This document shows, piece by piece, positions 1 through 7,437 of a stretch of DNA of 20,440 nt (position 1 is the stretch's first letter; each line of letters begins with the position of its first letter). The DNA lies in contig CANAXT010000025.1 in NCBI GenBank assembly GCA_947365915.1, forward strand, positions 1 through 20,440, given 5' to 3'. A program made the translations under genes and the position numbers. The notes under the pieces were generated by a model. That model did not search any database. It had not been told where the DNA came from and was given only the letters and a program-made list of their open reading frames with translations. The stretch comes from an uncultured Mycoplasmatota bacterium (GTDB lineage: Bacteria; Bacillota_I; Bacilli_A; RF39; UBA660).

Positions 1-4
1 AATC

Positions 5-691
5 ATGTCAGAGATGGGGAACAAAATCCTTAAGACAAATTTAGCAATGGTGGAAAGCATTTCTCGTTTTGAGATGTATCAGGAAAAGAATGCTCATGCC
101 ATGTGCATTCTGGAAGGAATGGCAGCAGACGGGAAGGGGGATGAGTTTGTCCGGGAGAATAACAGGGAAAAGCAGGTGGAGATTTTTCTGGACGGGGGAG
201 AGGCAGGGGAGAAAAAAACCTTACTTTTTGTTGGTATTCTTGGGGAACTATCAGTTTTTCAGGATGGGAGCAGCCATCCGTTTAAGATGGTGCTGTATTC
301 TGCCACGAAATGGATGGATTTGGAGAAAAAGAGCCGTTCTTTCCAGAATATTCACATGACTTATGAAAGTCTTGTGAAACAGATCGTATCGGAATATGAC
401 GGCGGGGATTTGATTGACCGGCTGTCTTTTGGAAAGGAAACAGGGGAGCTGATTGTACAGTACGAGGAAACGGACTGGGAATTTATTAAAAGAATGGCAT
501 CCCATTTTAACGGAAGTATCCTGGCAGCCAGTGGATTTGGTTCCCCCAAGATTTTTTTTGGTGTCGAAAAGGAAATAGATGCGGGAAAATTGGAGCAGTT
601 CTCTTATTGGATTGAAAAGCGGTTTGACCAATACCGGGAGTGGTCTGCCGGAGGCTACCAGGATTATGGCGAGGTGGAATTACCCGTATGA
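5..691 (+). CDS. Contractile-tail baseplate hub / VgrG-gpD (phage late control D)-like protein, apparently 3'-truncated
   Basis: The 228-aa ORF contains the motif IVQYEETDWEFIKRMASHF, which resembles the Q-x-x-E-S-D-x-x-F-L-x-R-L signature of gpD/VgrG hub proteins. Its codon usage is G/C-ending (GGG, CGG, CTG, GAG), unlike the rest of the window. The ORF is shorter than typical family members (350 aa or more). The reading frame is open to the left edge, so the 5' end is not certain. Confidence 0.5.
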   Translation: MSEMGNKILKTNLAMVESISRFEMYQEKNAHAMCILEGMAADGKGDEFVRENNREKQVEIFLDGGEAGEKKTLLFVGILGELSVFQDGSSHPFKMVLYSATKWMDLEKKSRSFQNIHMTYESLVKQIVSEYDGGDLIDRLSFGKETGELIVQYEETDWEFIKRMASHFNGSILAASGFGSPKIFFGVEKEIDAGKLEQFSYWIEKRFDQYREWSAGGYQDYGEVELPV

Positions 692-1437
692 TGGCTTTAT
701 TTAAAGATCAAACAACAGAACGAATTGGATCAGTCAGAAGCTCTAGACATTACTTCTTAGACTATGTCTTAGAAAATGATGCCATCTATGTTCACTTTGG
801 ATGGAGCCCTCAAGCCCAATCCGACATTCCAGCACTAGGAATCAATAACATCAATGGAATTTATGATGGAGCAGGCTTTTGGAGAGATAGAACCCTAGGA
901 GTAGCTTATGAACATACAGCATATACAAACATAGAGAAAGTAGCTGCAATCGCAAAGTCAAGAGGCTATACAAGAGATACCAACAAAGAGTTACTACTCA
1001 ATTATAGTATAAAAGAAATTGGATTAGAAAAAATAGAAGGAGCCATAATCGCCAATTCAGTAACCATTCCATATTCACAAACACATACAACTAGTTATCA
1101 ATATAACCCAGAAACCAAAATGTATTTAAGAGCCATGAATGGATATGCCCATTTAGATGGAGTAACCAAACAACAATACACTACTAAAAATATCATCATT
1201 CAAAAAGTTAGAAACTATTCAATAGATTCCTATGGCAGACAAACCTTAAACAATATCGGAAATGGAACAGGATATTATATTACTAATGGATATGCCATTC
1301 CTATTACATGGTCAAAAGCAAGTAGAAGCGCTCAAACAAAATATCAATATCAAGATGGAACAGAAATCACAGTCAATGATGGGAACACATTTATTCAAAT
1401 AGAACCAATCAATATGACACCAACCTTTTTAGAATAG
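688..1437 (+). CDS. DUF3048 (YerB-like) domain protein, N-terminally truncated fragment
   Basis: GGITRMMALF...GSVRSSRHYFLDYVLENDAIYVHFGWSPQA matches the conserved DUF3048 core (GGITRF-A-F, VRSAR-YF, YVH-G). No signal peptide or lipobox and no N-terminal half are present. The first ATG is at 688, but the family motif GGITR is encoded upstream of it at 673-687, inside the overlap with the preceding ORF. Confidence 0.6.
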   Translation: MMALFKDQTTERIGSVRSSRHYFLDYVLENDAIYVHFGWSPQAQSDIPALGINNINGIYDGAGFWRDRTLGVAYEHTAYTNIEKVAAIAKSRGYTRDTNKELLLNYSIKEIGLEKIEGAIIANSVTIPYSQTHTTSYQYNPETKMYLRAMNGYAHLDGVTKQQYTTKNIIIQKVRNYSIDSYGRQTLNNIGNGTGYYITNGYAIPITWSKASRSAQTKYQYQDGTEITVNDGNTFIQIEPINMTPTFLE

Positions 1438-1550
1438 CGATCAATCGCTTTTTCTTTACACCTTTTTTTGAATATTTTGTGAAAATGTGCATTCATAATA
1501 TACGAAAACTAAAAAAATGTGATATACTATAATAGTCTGAGGTGAATAAC

Positions 1551-2051
1551 ATGAATACAATACTTGATACTGAATATAGTGGAATTGTATATCATATTTT
1601 GATAAATGAAGAATTTAATAAAATTAAACAAATAGAACATCATGGAGTAACAAGATTTGATCATTCTTTAAAAGTATCTTATTACTCTTATAAAATCGCG
1701 AAAATATTACACTTAAACTATCAAGAAGTAGCACGTGGTGGATTACTACATGACTTCTTTTTAAGCGACGAAAATAGAGATACAAAAGAACGCTTTTTAT
1801 CTACTTTTGTTCATCCAAAAAAAGCCGTAGAAAAAGCAGCAGAAAACTTTGACTTAACAGAAAAAGAAATTGATATGATTAGAACCCATATGTTTCCTAT
1901 CAATTTAGCGCTACCAAAATACGCAGAAAGTTGGCTTGTGAGTTTTGTAGACAAAGCTGTAGCGAGTACAGAATTTTGTCAAAAATTCAAAGTAAAATTC
2001 GCTTACATCATGAATATATACTTTCTATTGTTTTTAAACTACATAAAATAA
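1551..2051 (+). CDS. Small HD-domain metal-dependent phosphohydrolase
   Basis: H-x-x-R-F-D-H-S-L-K-V followed by GGLLHDFF gives the H...HD pattern of the HD superfamily. ATG 1551 is preceded by GAGGTG at 1539-1544. The GTG at 1542 in the ORF track sits inside that SD and is less likely to be the start. Confidence 0.75.
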   Translation: MNTILDTEYSGIVYHILINEEFNKIKQIEHHGVTRFDHSLKVSYYSYKIAKILHLNYQEVARGGLLHDFFLSDENRDTKERFLSTFVHPKKAVEKAAENFDLTEKEIDMIRTHMFPINLALPKYAESWLVSFVDKAVASTEFCQKFKVKFAYIMNIYFLLFLNYIK

Positions 2052-2093
2052 AATACTATCTATTTTCTTTTTTTTGTAGTATAATTTAGTTGT

Positions 2094-2170
2094 GTCTCCG
2101 TAGCTCAGTAGGATAGAGCGATTGCCTCCTAAGCAATAGGTCGTTGGTTCGATTCCAATCGGGGACGCCA
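2094..2170 (+). tRNA. tRNA-Arg (anticodon CCT), CCA encoded
   Basis: The cloverleaf was folded by hand. Acceptor GTCTCCG/CGGGGAC (one G-T pair), D stem GCTC/GAGC, anticodon stem ATTGC/GCAAT with loop CTCCTAA (anticodon CCT), T stem GTTGG/CCAAT with loop TTCGATT, discriminator G plus CCA. Total length is 77 nt. Confidence 0.9.
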
Positions 2171-2182
2171 TAAATTAGAAGT

Positions 2183-2206
2183 AAGAGACTAAAAAAGTCT
2201 TTTTTT
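2183..2206 (+). terminator. Putative rho-independent terminator after the tRNA
   Basis: Stem AAGAGACT / AGTCTTTT (8 bp including one G-T), a 5-nt A loop, and a T run continuing to 2206. Confidence 0.45.
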
Positions 2207-2231
2207 CATTGAAAAAGAAAGCAGGGAGATC

Positions 2232-2579
2232 ATGAAAAATATTATAGCAATTAGAAACATCATCGTATCTTTTCTAGCCCTCATAACACTAATTTGGGCT
2301 TTCTTTCAGAACGAACTTTGGGAGAAAATATTTATCATTCCTTTTATAATAGGAACATTTGCTATACTAAACGAAAACCTATTTTTACTATTGAACAAAC
2401 CAAAAATATCAAACCTTTTTCAATATATATTTCGAATCAATCTATTTATTTACTTCTTTGGCTTTTTAGGATACATGACTTATTATGCCATATCAAATCA
2501 AAGTTACTCACTCTTAATCCCTGTAGCAATTTTCTTACTATTCACAATTCATTTTTTTAAAAAAGTATTTTTTTCGTAA
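2232..2579 (+). CDS. Small integral membrane protein (hypothetical)
   Basis: The 115-aa ORF has 3-4 hydrophobic segments and a GGGAG SD 4 nt upstream of the ATG. I recognised no family. Confidence 0.6.
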   Translation: MKNIIAIRNIIVSFLALITLIWAFFQNELWEKIFIIPFIIGTFAILNENLFLLLNKPKISNLFQYIFRINLFIYFFGFLGYMTYYAISNQSYSLLIPVAIFLLFTIHFFKKVFFS

Positions 2580-2603
2580 ATAACAACTTAGGAGAGTGAT
2601 CAT

Positions 2604-3380
2604 ATGTATTACCCAAAACAAATACCATATTTACTAGACAAAGAATTTAAAAAAAATATAGAATACATAGAATACAAAATCAAAGAAATTGAGAACAATT
2701 GCTTATGCATTTGGACAATGCAATCAAAGAAAACCCTAGCAAAACCAATTTCAAACAACATTTTACCAGATGCCTGTATTGACATTATAATAGACTTCAC
2801 AAATAAAACAATCTGTTTTGCAGGATTCAGCAAAAAAACCAAAAACTTTCAATTAGATAAACAAATAGACTATATGGGAGCTAGATTGAAACCAAGCATA
2901 TTTTACTCGATTTTCCATATAAAAGCAGATGACATAATGGATCATCAAATACAATTTAAAATGATAGAAAAAGAAATTTGTATCGATAAAATATTGGAAT
3001 TAGAAAATCAAAATGAAAGAATACAATATTTAAAAAAATATTTATTACAAAAACAAACAAACAAAGAACAATTATTTATAAAAATTGTAGAAGAACTATA
3101 CCTAGAACCAAAAGAACAAAGAGTAACAGAAATAGCCAAAAAACTGGGATATCATGAAAGACAGTTAAATAGAGTATTTAAAACCAATTATGGAGTAACA
3201 CCAAAAGTACTACTGAATATACTAAGATTACACCTATGTTTAACACTAATACTAGAAAAGAATATGAATTTAATAGATATCGCTAATTTATGTGGCTTTT
3301 ATGATCAATCACACTTCATAAAAGAAATAAAAAAATATACAGGAATCTCACCAATGAAAATAATAGAAGAGTATAAATAG
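2604..3380 (+). CDS. AraC/XylS-family transcriptional regulator
   Basis: The C-terminal 100 aa carry the double helix-turn-helix pattern of AraC regulators (VTEIAKKLGYHERQLNRVFK ... IDIANLCGFYDQSHFIKEIKKYTGISP). A GGAGAG SD lies upstream. Confidence 0.85.
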   Translation: MYYPKQIPYLLDKEFKKNIEYIEYKIKEIENNCLCIWTMQSKKTLAKPISNNILPDACIDIIIDFTNKTICFAGFSKKTKNFQLDKQIDYMGARLKPSIFYSIFHIKADDIMDHQIQFKMIEKEICIDKILELENQNERIQYLKKYLLQKQTNKEQLFIKIVEELYLEPKEQRVTEIAKKLGYHERQLNRVFKTNYGVTPKVLLNILRLHLCLTLILEKNMNLIDIANLCGFYDQSHFIKEIKKYTGISPMKIIEEYK

Positions 3381-3443
3381 ATGTCCGTTTTTTACAATAC
3401 AATTTTTATTTTTTTTCCTATAATTATATTGGAGGTAGAAAAT

Positions 3444-3830
3444 ATGTATGAAACAATAACCGTTAATATGATGGTAAAGAACGTAAAAGAAACAATAATA
3501 TTTTATGAGGAAAAATTAGAATTTCAAAAAATATTAACAGTTCCAGAGGAAGGAGAAAATTTGAATTTTGCAATTTTAAATAAAGACAAGATTACCATAA
3601 TGATACAAGAACAAAAAAATCTACTTAGTGAATATCCAACACTAAAAAAAGATGAAATTATACCAACATTTACATTATTTATAACAGTAGATGATATCAT
3701 AACGATATATGAAAAATTAAAAGATAAAGTAGAAATTGCAAAAGAACTTCATAAAACATTTTATGGAAAAAATGAATTTGCGATTTTTGATAATAACAGA
3801 AATATATTAACGATATCAAGTGAAAATTAG
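3444..3830 (+). CDS. VOC (glyoxalase/bleomycin-resistance fold) family protein
   Basis: The 128-aa product reads MYETITVNMMVKNVKETIIFYEEKLEF... and ends ...FYGKNEFAIFDNNRNIL, typical of the beta-alpha-beta-beta-beta VOC module. ATG 3444 is preceded by GGAGGT at 3431-3436. The longer ORF from 3381 has no SD and would start right at the araC stop. Confidence 0.7.
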   Translation: MYETITVNMMVKNVKETIIFYEEKLEFQKILTVPEEGENLNFAILNKDKITIMIQEQKNLLSEYPTLKKDEIIPTFTLFITVDDIITIYEKLKDKVEIAKELHKTFYGKNEFAIFDNNRNILTISSEN

Positions 3831-3936
3831 TAACTGACAGCAGATTATATTGAATTACTTTTTATGCTTATTAAGTGAAAAAAAGTTGAAATTTTTGTGA
3901 AATGATGTTAATATATTGTTGTTAGGAGGTATAAAA

Positions 3937-4326
3937 ATGAAGAAAGGAAAATGGATTTTAGCATCGCTACTTGTTTTATTTACATTGACAGGTTGTGGTC
4001 AAAAGGAATTGACTTGTACAACAGAGGAAAGTACAATGGGCGTAGAAATGAAAAATACAATAACAGCGAAATTTAAAGGTGATAAACTAAATCACATGAA
4101 AGTAAGTGTTGATGTTACATTACCAGACAGTTTAAAAGAACAAAAGAAAAAAATGATGGAATCATTTAAAAATGATAGCTCAGTAAAAGAGGCAAAAATC
4201 AAAGAAACAAAAAATGGTTTCAAAGTAGAAGGTAGTGCCAACGCAAAAGATTTAGGAACTGATGAGAAAGCCAAATACGACGATGTAAAAAAAGCACTAG
4301 AAAAAAGTGGTTATAAATGTAAATAA
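3937..4326 (+). CDS. Lipoprotein (hypothetical, Lys/Glu-rich)
   Basis: MKKGKWILASLLVLFTLTGCGQ is a signal peptide with lipobox L-T-G-C. A strong SD, AGGAGGT, lies at 3924-3930. Confidence 0.8.
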   Translation: MKKGKWILASLLVLFTLTGCGQKELTCTTEESTMGVEMKNTITAKFKGDKLNHMKVSVDVTLPDSLKEQKKKMMESFKNDSSVKEAKIKETKNGFKVEGSANAKDLGTDEKAKYDDVKKALEKSGYKCK

Positions 4327-4347
4327 AAAGAGTAGCACTCTTTTTTT
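4325..4347 (+). terminator. Rho-independent terminator
   Basis: AAAAAGAGT-agc-ACTCTTTTT is a perfect 9-bp stem with a 3-nt loop. It runs into a T tract directly after the lipoprotein stop codon. Confidence 0.6.
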
Positions 4348-4449
4348 CTATAGAAAACGAAGAAAAAGTATTAGAAATAAGACTGCTTTTCAAAAAAATA
4401 CCTTGCACAATCAATACAAATATAATATAATAAATCACTAGGTGAGATT

Positions 4450-6357
4450 ATGCAGAAGTACACATTTGAAAACTTAAACCCATATAAAAATACAATTTAT
4501 CAAGAATTTTATCAAAAACTATTTCAAGAACTAGGAATTGGAGGTGATTTGTTAGGATTTCCAGCAAATTGTAAAACTGTATATAGAAAAGCGATTTACA
4601 TGCCACAAAGATTTATGAATGTTCTTACAACACGTTCTATGAAATCATCTAGCAAAAAAATCCAAACAGCGCATTCTTATAAAACCAGTGAAAGAATGAT
4701 TGATACAAGATATGAACATATGTGTTTTGCTTATATGTTAGGTGTAGATTTTTTATTAATATTAGAAAAAAACGGATATCAAATAGACGCTAAAACCCAA
4801 ATTGCCTTTCTATTAAAACTATTGTTACACGATAATGGACATGGCCCATTTTCTCATCCATTTGAACAAATGGTAGATGGTTATAAAGGAATGCATGAAG
4901 ACATCGGAAACCGAAACATCTTAGAAGATCCTGAACTATATCAACATTTAGAAAACATTTATCCTGGTTTAGCACACAATATCGTTCACTTTGAAGAAAT
5001 GGACAAGTATGGGTTACAAGAATTAGTAGAAGGAGTCTTTGATTTAGATAGAGCCTCATTTTTAATCATAGATACTTGGTTATCTAATTCAAAATTATAT
5101 CCAGAAAATACAGAAGAACAATTAGAAAAACTGATTGATTCCATCTATCACATTTTTGAGCACATCATTCTAAGAAATGGAAAAGTATACTATCATCCAG
5201 CATGTTTCTATGATGTTGAATTCTTTTTAAAAAAGCGTGCTTATAATTATATACATATTTATAATGGATTAGAGCGATTGCTAGATGATATGTTATTACA
5301 TCAATATGGGGTATATTTATTACAAAAGCAAAATACTAAGGCCTTTTTAAGACCATTATTAGAGCCAGTCGGAGAGTTTCAAAGTTTTTTAAAAGAGATT
5401 AAAGAAAAGCAAGCAATGATCGATTTAGAACAATACTTTCATTATAGTGATGATGATATGCACCGCATTGTCATGCTTTCTCAATTAATAGAAAATGAAA
5501 ACCTCGAAAAATATGCAAGATTATTTTTGTCTTCTGAATATAGAATGAAAATTCCATTTGATATAGAACAAGTAGATCAAAAAACATGGGAAAAAGAAAC
5601 AAAAGAAAATCCAAATCTAATGTCTGCCAAAACCAAAATCAATATTTATAAAAGTACCGAAAAAGAACACATCATATTTATGGATCCAAAAACAGGAGAA
5701 ACAACAGACTTTAAAGATATGAAAGAGCGAACCCTAAATATTGATCCAATACAAGCTTATTATTTATACCATGAAAGAAAACCCAAACAAATGTTAAAGC
5801 ATGATCAAAGATTAAGACACATATTGGAAGATTATTTTTATAAAAATGCCATACCAATTCTTCGAATCTGTTTAACATGGCAATACGAAAATGAAGAAAA
5901 TTCCATTTTAAATCATTTAATTCCGTTATTAATACATATTGCCAAAAATAAACCATTAGAAGAATATGCAATGACAAAACAAATCACAATGAAACAAGTA
6001 TATACATTATTATCCTTTTATAGTGGAGATGAAAAGTGGGAAAATTATGCAAACTTTTTAAGACTTTCTCCTGAAGATTTAAGCATTTGCTTTATGGAAA
6101 TCAAAGTAGATCATCAAACTTTTATATCAGAATTAGAATGTATTTTAAAAGATAATATACCACTCACAGAAGAAACCCATCCAATAGAAAATTTGATTCA
6201 AATGCTGTGTATTTTCGGGCATGATGAAACAATATTCATAGATCAAGCCATATTAGAATCCAATTACTTTTCAGAAGAAACTAGAAAACAGATAAAAGGC
6301 CAAATTAGGAAATATAAAATAGGAAACAGTGGATATCAAAAAAAATATAAAATCTAA
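4450..6357 (+). CDS. SAMHD1/dGTPase-like HD-domain protein (putative dNTP triphosphohydrolase) with a long uncharacterised C-terminal region
   Basis: Ordered motifs are R-Y-E-H-M (RxxH), LLLHDNGHGPFSHPFE (HD at 4828-4833 plus the GHGPFSH signature), MHEDIG, and FDLDRASFLIID (DxD-R-x-x-[FY]). This order is typical of the dGTPase/SAMHD1 clade. An SD-like GGTGAG lies upstream. Confidence 0.8.
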   Translation: MQKYTFENLNPYKNTIYQEFYQKLFQELGIGGDLLGFPANCKTVYRKAIYMPQRFMNVLTTRSMKSSSKKIQTAHSYKTSERMIDTRYEHMCFAYMLGVDFLLILEKNGYQIDAKTQIAFLLKLLLHDNGHGPFSHPFEQMVDGYKGMHEDIGNRNILEDPELYQHLENIYPGLAHNIVHFEEMDKYGLQELVEGVFDLDRASFLIIDTWLSNSKLYPENTEEQLEKLIDSIYHIFEHIILRNGKVYYHPACFYDVEFFLKKRAYNYIHIYNGLERLLDDMLLHQYGVYLLQKQNTKAFLRPLLEPVGEFQSFLKEIKEKQAMIDLEQYFHYSDDDMHRIVMLSQLIENENLEKYARLFLSSEYRMKIPFDIEQVDQKTWEKETKENPNLMSAKTKINIYKSTEKEHIIFMDPKTGETTDFKDMKERTLNIDPIQAYYLYHERKPKQMLKHDQRLRHILEDYFYKNAIPILRICLTWQYENEENSILNHLIPLLIHIAKNKPLEEYAMTKQITMKQVYTLLSFYSGDEKWENYANFLRLSPEDLSICFMEIKVDHQTFISELECILKDNIPLTEETHPIENLIQMLCIFGHDETIFIDQAILESNYFSEETRKQIKGQIRKYKIGNSGYQKKYKI

Positions 6358-6416
6358 ACTTTTCATGATTCTACAATATACTAAAGGAAAGTAAAACCAA
6401 TGAAAACAAATATGCT

Positions 6417-6444
6417 TTGAAATATGCAAATATTATGATATAAT
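6417..6444 (+). promoter_or_regulatory. Putative sigma-A promoter of the avd-TR-RT unit (TTGAAA-N13-TGaTATAAT)
   Basis: The -35 TTGAAA is at 6417-6422 and the extended -10 TGATATAAT at 6436-6444, giving a 16-nt spacer. Confidence 0.5.
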
Positions 6445-6461
6445 AGCCCCAATTCAAATGA

Positions 6462-7073
6462 ATGAAAGGGAAAGTGATAATAGTGCTCCAAGTAAGTAGA
6501 AATAATAACTTAAAAATACCAAAAAAAATAGAGATTGATCAAGAAAAGATCAATAGCACTAATGACAGACTATTTGTAAAACAAGCGATCAAGACTGCTA
6601 ATGATCAAAAATTTGATATATCAAAAGAAAAAGAGAATATTGAGTTTGACAAAGAATTAAAAAGAGTTGAAAAAATTCCAATGAACTCTAGTGAATTAAT
6701 GGTAATCACCATAGTAAAAAAACTCGGGGCTTATATTATTGCAATCACAGAAAAATCACCAGCAAAATTTCGGGGAGTTTTTGTAAATAGGATGCAAAAT
6801 CTAACATTAGAGGTATTAGAACTATTATTACAAGCCAATTTTGTAAGAATCGATAGTATAGAACGAAAAAAAGAAAGAGAAGAATTTCAAAAAAATGCGA
6901 TTATAAAATTAAAAATGTTAGGATATATCTCCATGGTAGCAGAAAATTCTGGCTGCATATTATCACGACAATTCAAACAAATATCAATTCAAATTGGAGA
7001 AGCAATTAATCTAATCGCTGCTTGGAAAAAAAGTGATGATAATAGATGGAAAAATAGAACAAAATTAGAATAA
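6462..7073 (+). CDS. avd: Avd-like accessory variability determinant (four-helix-bundle protein, 23S rRNA-intervening-sequence protein family) with an N-terminal extension
   Basis: The C-terminal ~130 aa (from M74 at 6681) read SPAKFRGVFVNRMQNLTLEVLELLLQANF...R...AIIKLKMLGYISMVAE...LSRQFKQISIQIGEAINLIAAWKKS. This fits the helical pattern of DGR Avd proteins, and the gene sits directly 5' of the TR and RT. The start is uncertain (ATG 6462, GTG 6474 or ATG 6681). Confidence 0.75.
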   Translation: MKGKVIIVLQVSRNNNLKIPKKIEIDQEKINSTNDRLFVKQAIKTANDQKFDISKEKENIEFDKELKRVEKIPMNSSELMVITIVKKLGAYIIAITEKSPAKFRGVFVNRMQNLTLEVLELLLQANFVRIDSIERKKEREEFQKNAIIKLKMLGYISMVAENSGCILSRQFKQISIQIGEAINLIAAWKKSDDNRWKNRTKLE

Positions 7074-7437
7074 TGGATTTTAAGTCGAAAGGCTTTTAAT
7101 TAAGTAGAACGTTTATAATGTTCCAATCTGCTTGGTGTGTTGGGCCCTCGTGTCCGCGCCGTCTAATGGAATGGAAATAAGAACAACAAATATAGATACG
7201 AACGCAATGGTGTTATTCGCCCAGATTTGCTTTTGAAGAGATTTATAAAATCTAGAAAACAGGTCAGAGAAATATATTTTAAGTAAAATATATCAGAACT
7301 TTAAAGCAAAGGAACGTTCTACTTTTCTAACCGCTATAATAGCGCGGTGGATAAAATAAGAGTGTTCACACCAACAACAATAGGGATTTCTATTTTTGAA
7401 GGTTATATGGGACACTTTTTTAATTTTAGGTGATAGA
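7074..7437 (+). ncRNA. DGR non-coding region (template repeat plus structured flanks/spacer)
   Basis: This is a 364-nt ORF-free gap between avd and the RT. It contains the TR-like segment, a 38-nt adenine-free GC-rich block (7127-7164), several perfect local hairpins and long-range complementary segments (see findings). Confidence 0.6.
7161..7230 (+). repeat. Candidate DGR template repeat (TR) core
   Basis: 27 of the 70 nt are A. Read in the frame of the matching gene segment it has five AAY codons. It aligns without gaps at 54/70 to 8782-8851 and to the three identical paralogous segments. Confidence 0.6.

Noticed and set aside
640-687. ATG 640 as the true start of the DUF3048 ORF
   Set aside because: The first 16 codons overlap the preceding ORF, have its GC-rich composition and lack an SD. 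The ORF is better read as a truncated gene whose frame happens to stay open upstream.
3381-3443. Longer N-terminal versions of the VOC (3381), lipoprotein (3916), RT (TTG 7396), small HD (GTG 1542) and ATPase (GTG 8530/12169/14136/16103) ORFs
   Set aside because: In each case a downstream ATG has a well-placed Shine-Dalgarno sequence and gives the family-typical N-terminus. For the ATPases, the MFEQQ start is the only one common to all four copies.
7119-7130. An 8-nt match (TTCCAATC) between the tRNA-Arg T-arm region (2152-2160) and the sequence upstream of the TR, considered as a possible att-like repeat
   Set aside because: It is too short to be meaningful in AT-rich DNA, and no integrase is present.
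7132-7160. Extension of TR-VR homology into the GC-rich adenine-free block (versus 8732-8781)
   Set aside because: Only about 11/19 and 7/11 positions match. It would need a 21-nt indel, and every mismatch is at a non-adenine base. I treat this block as structural RNA or the template for some other target, not as part of this VR pairing.
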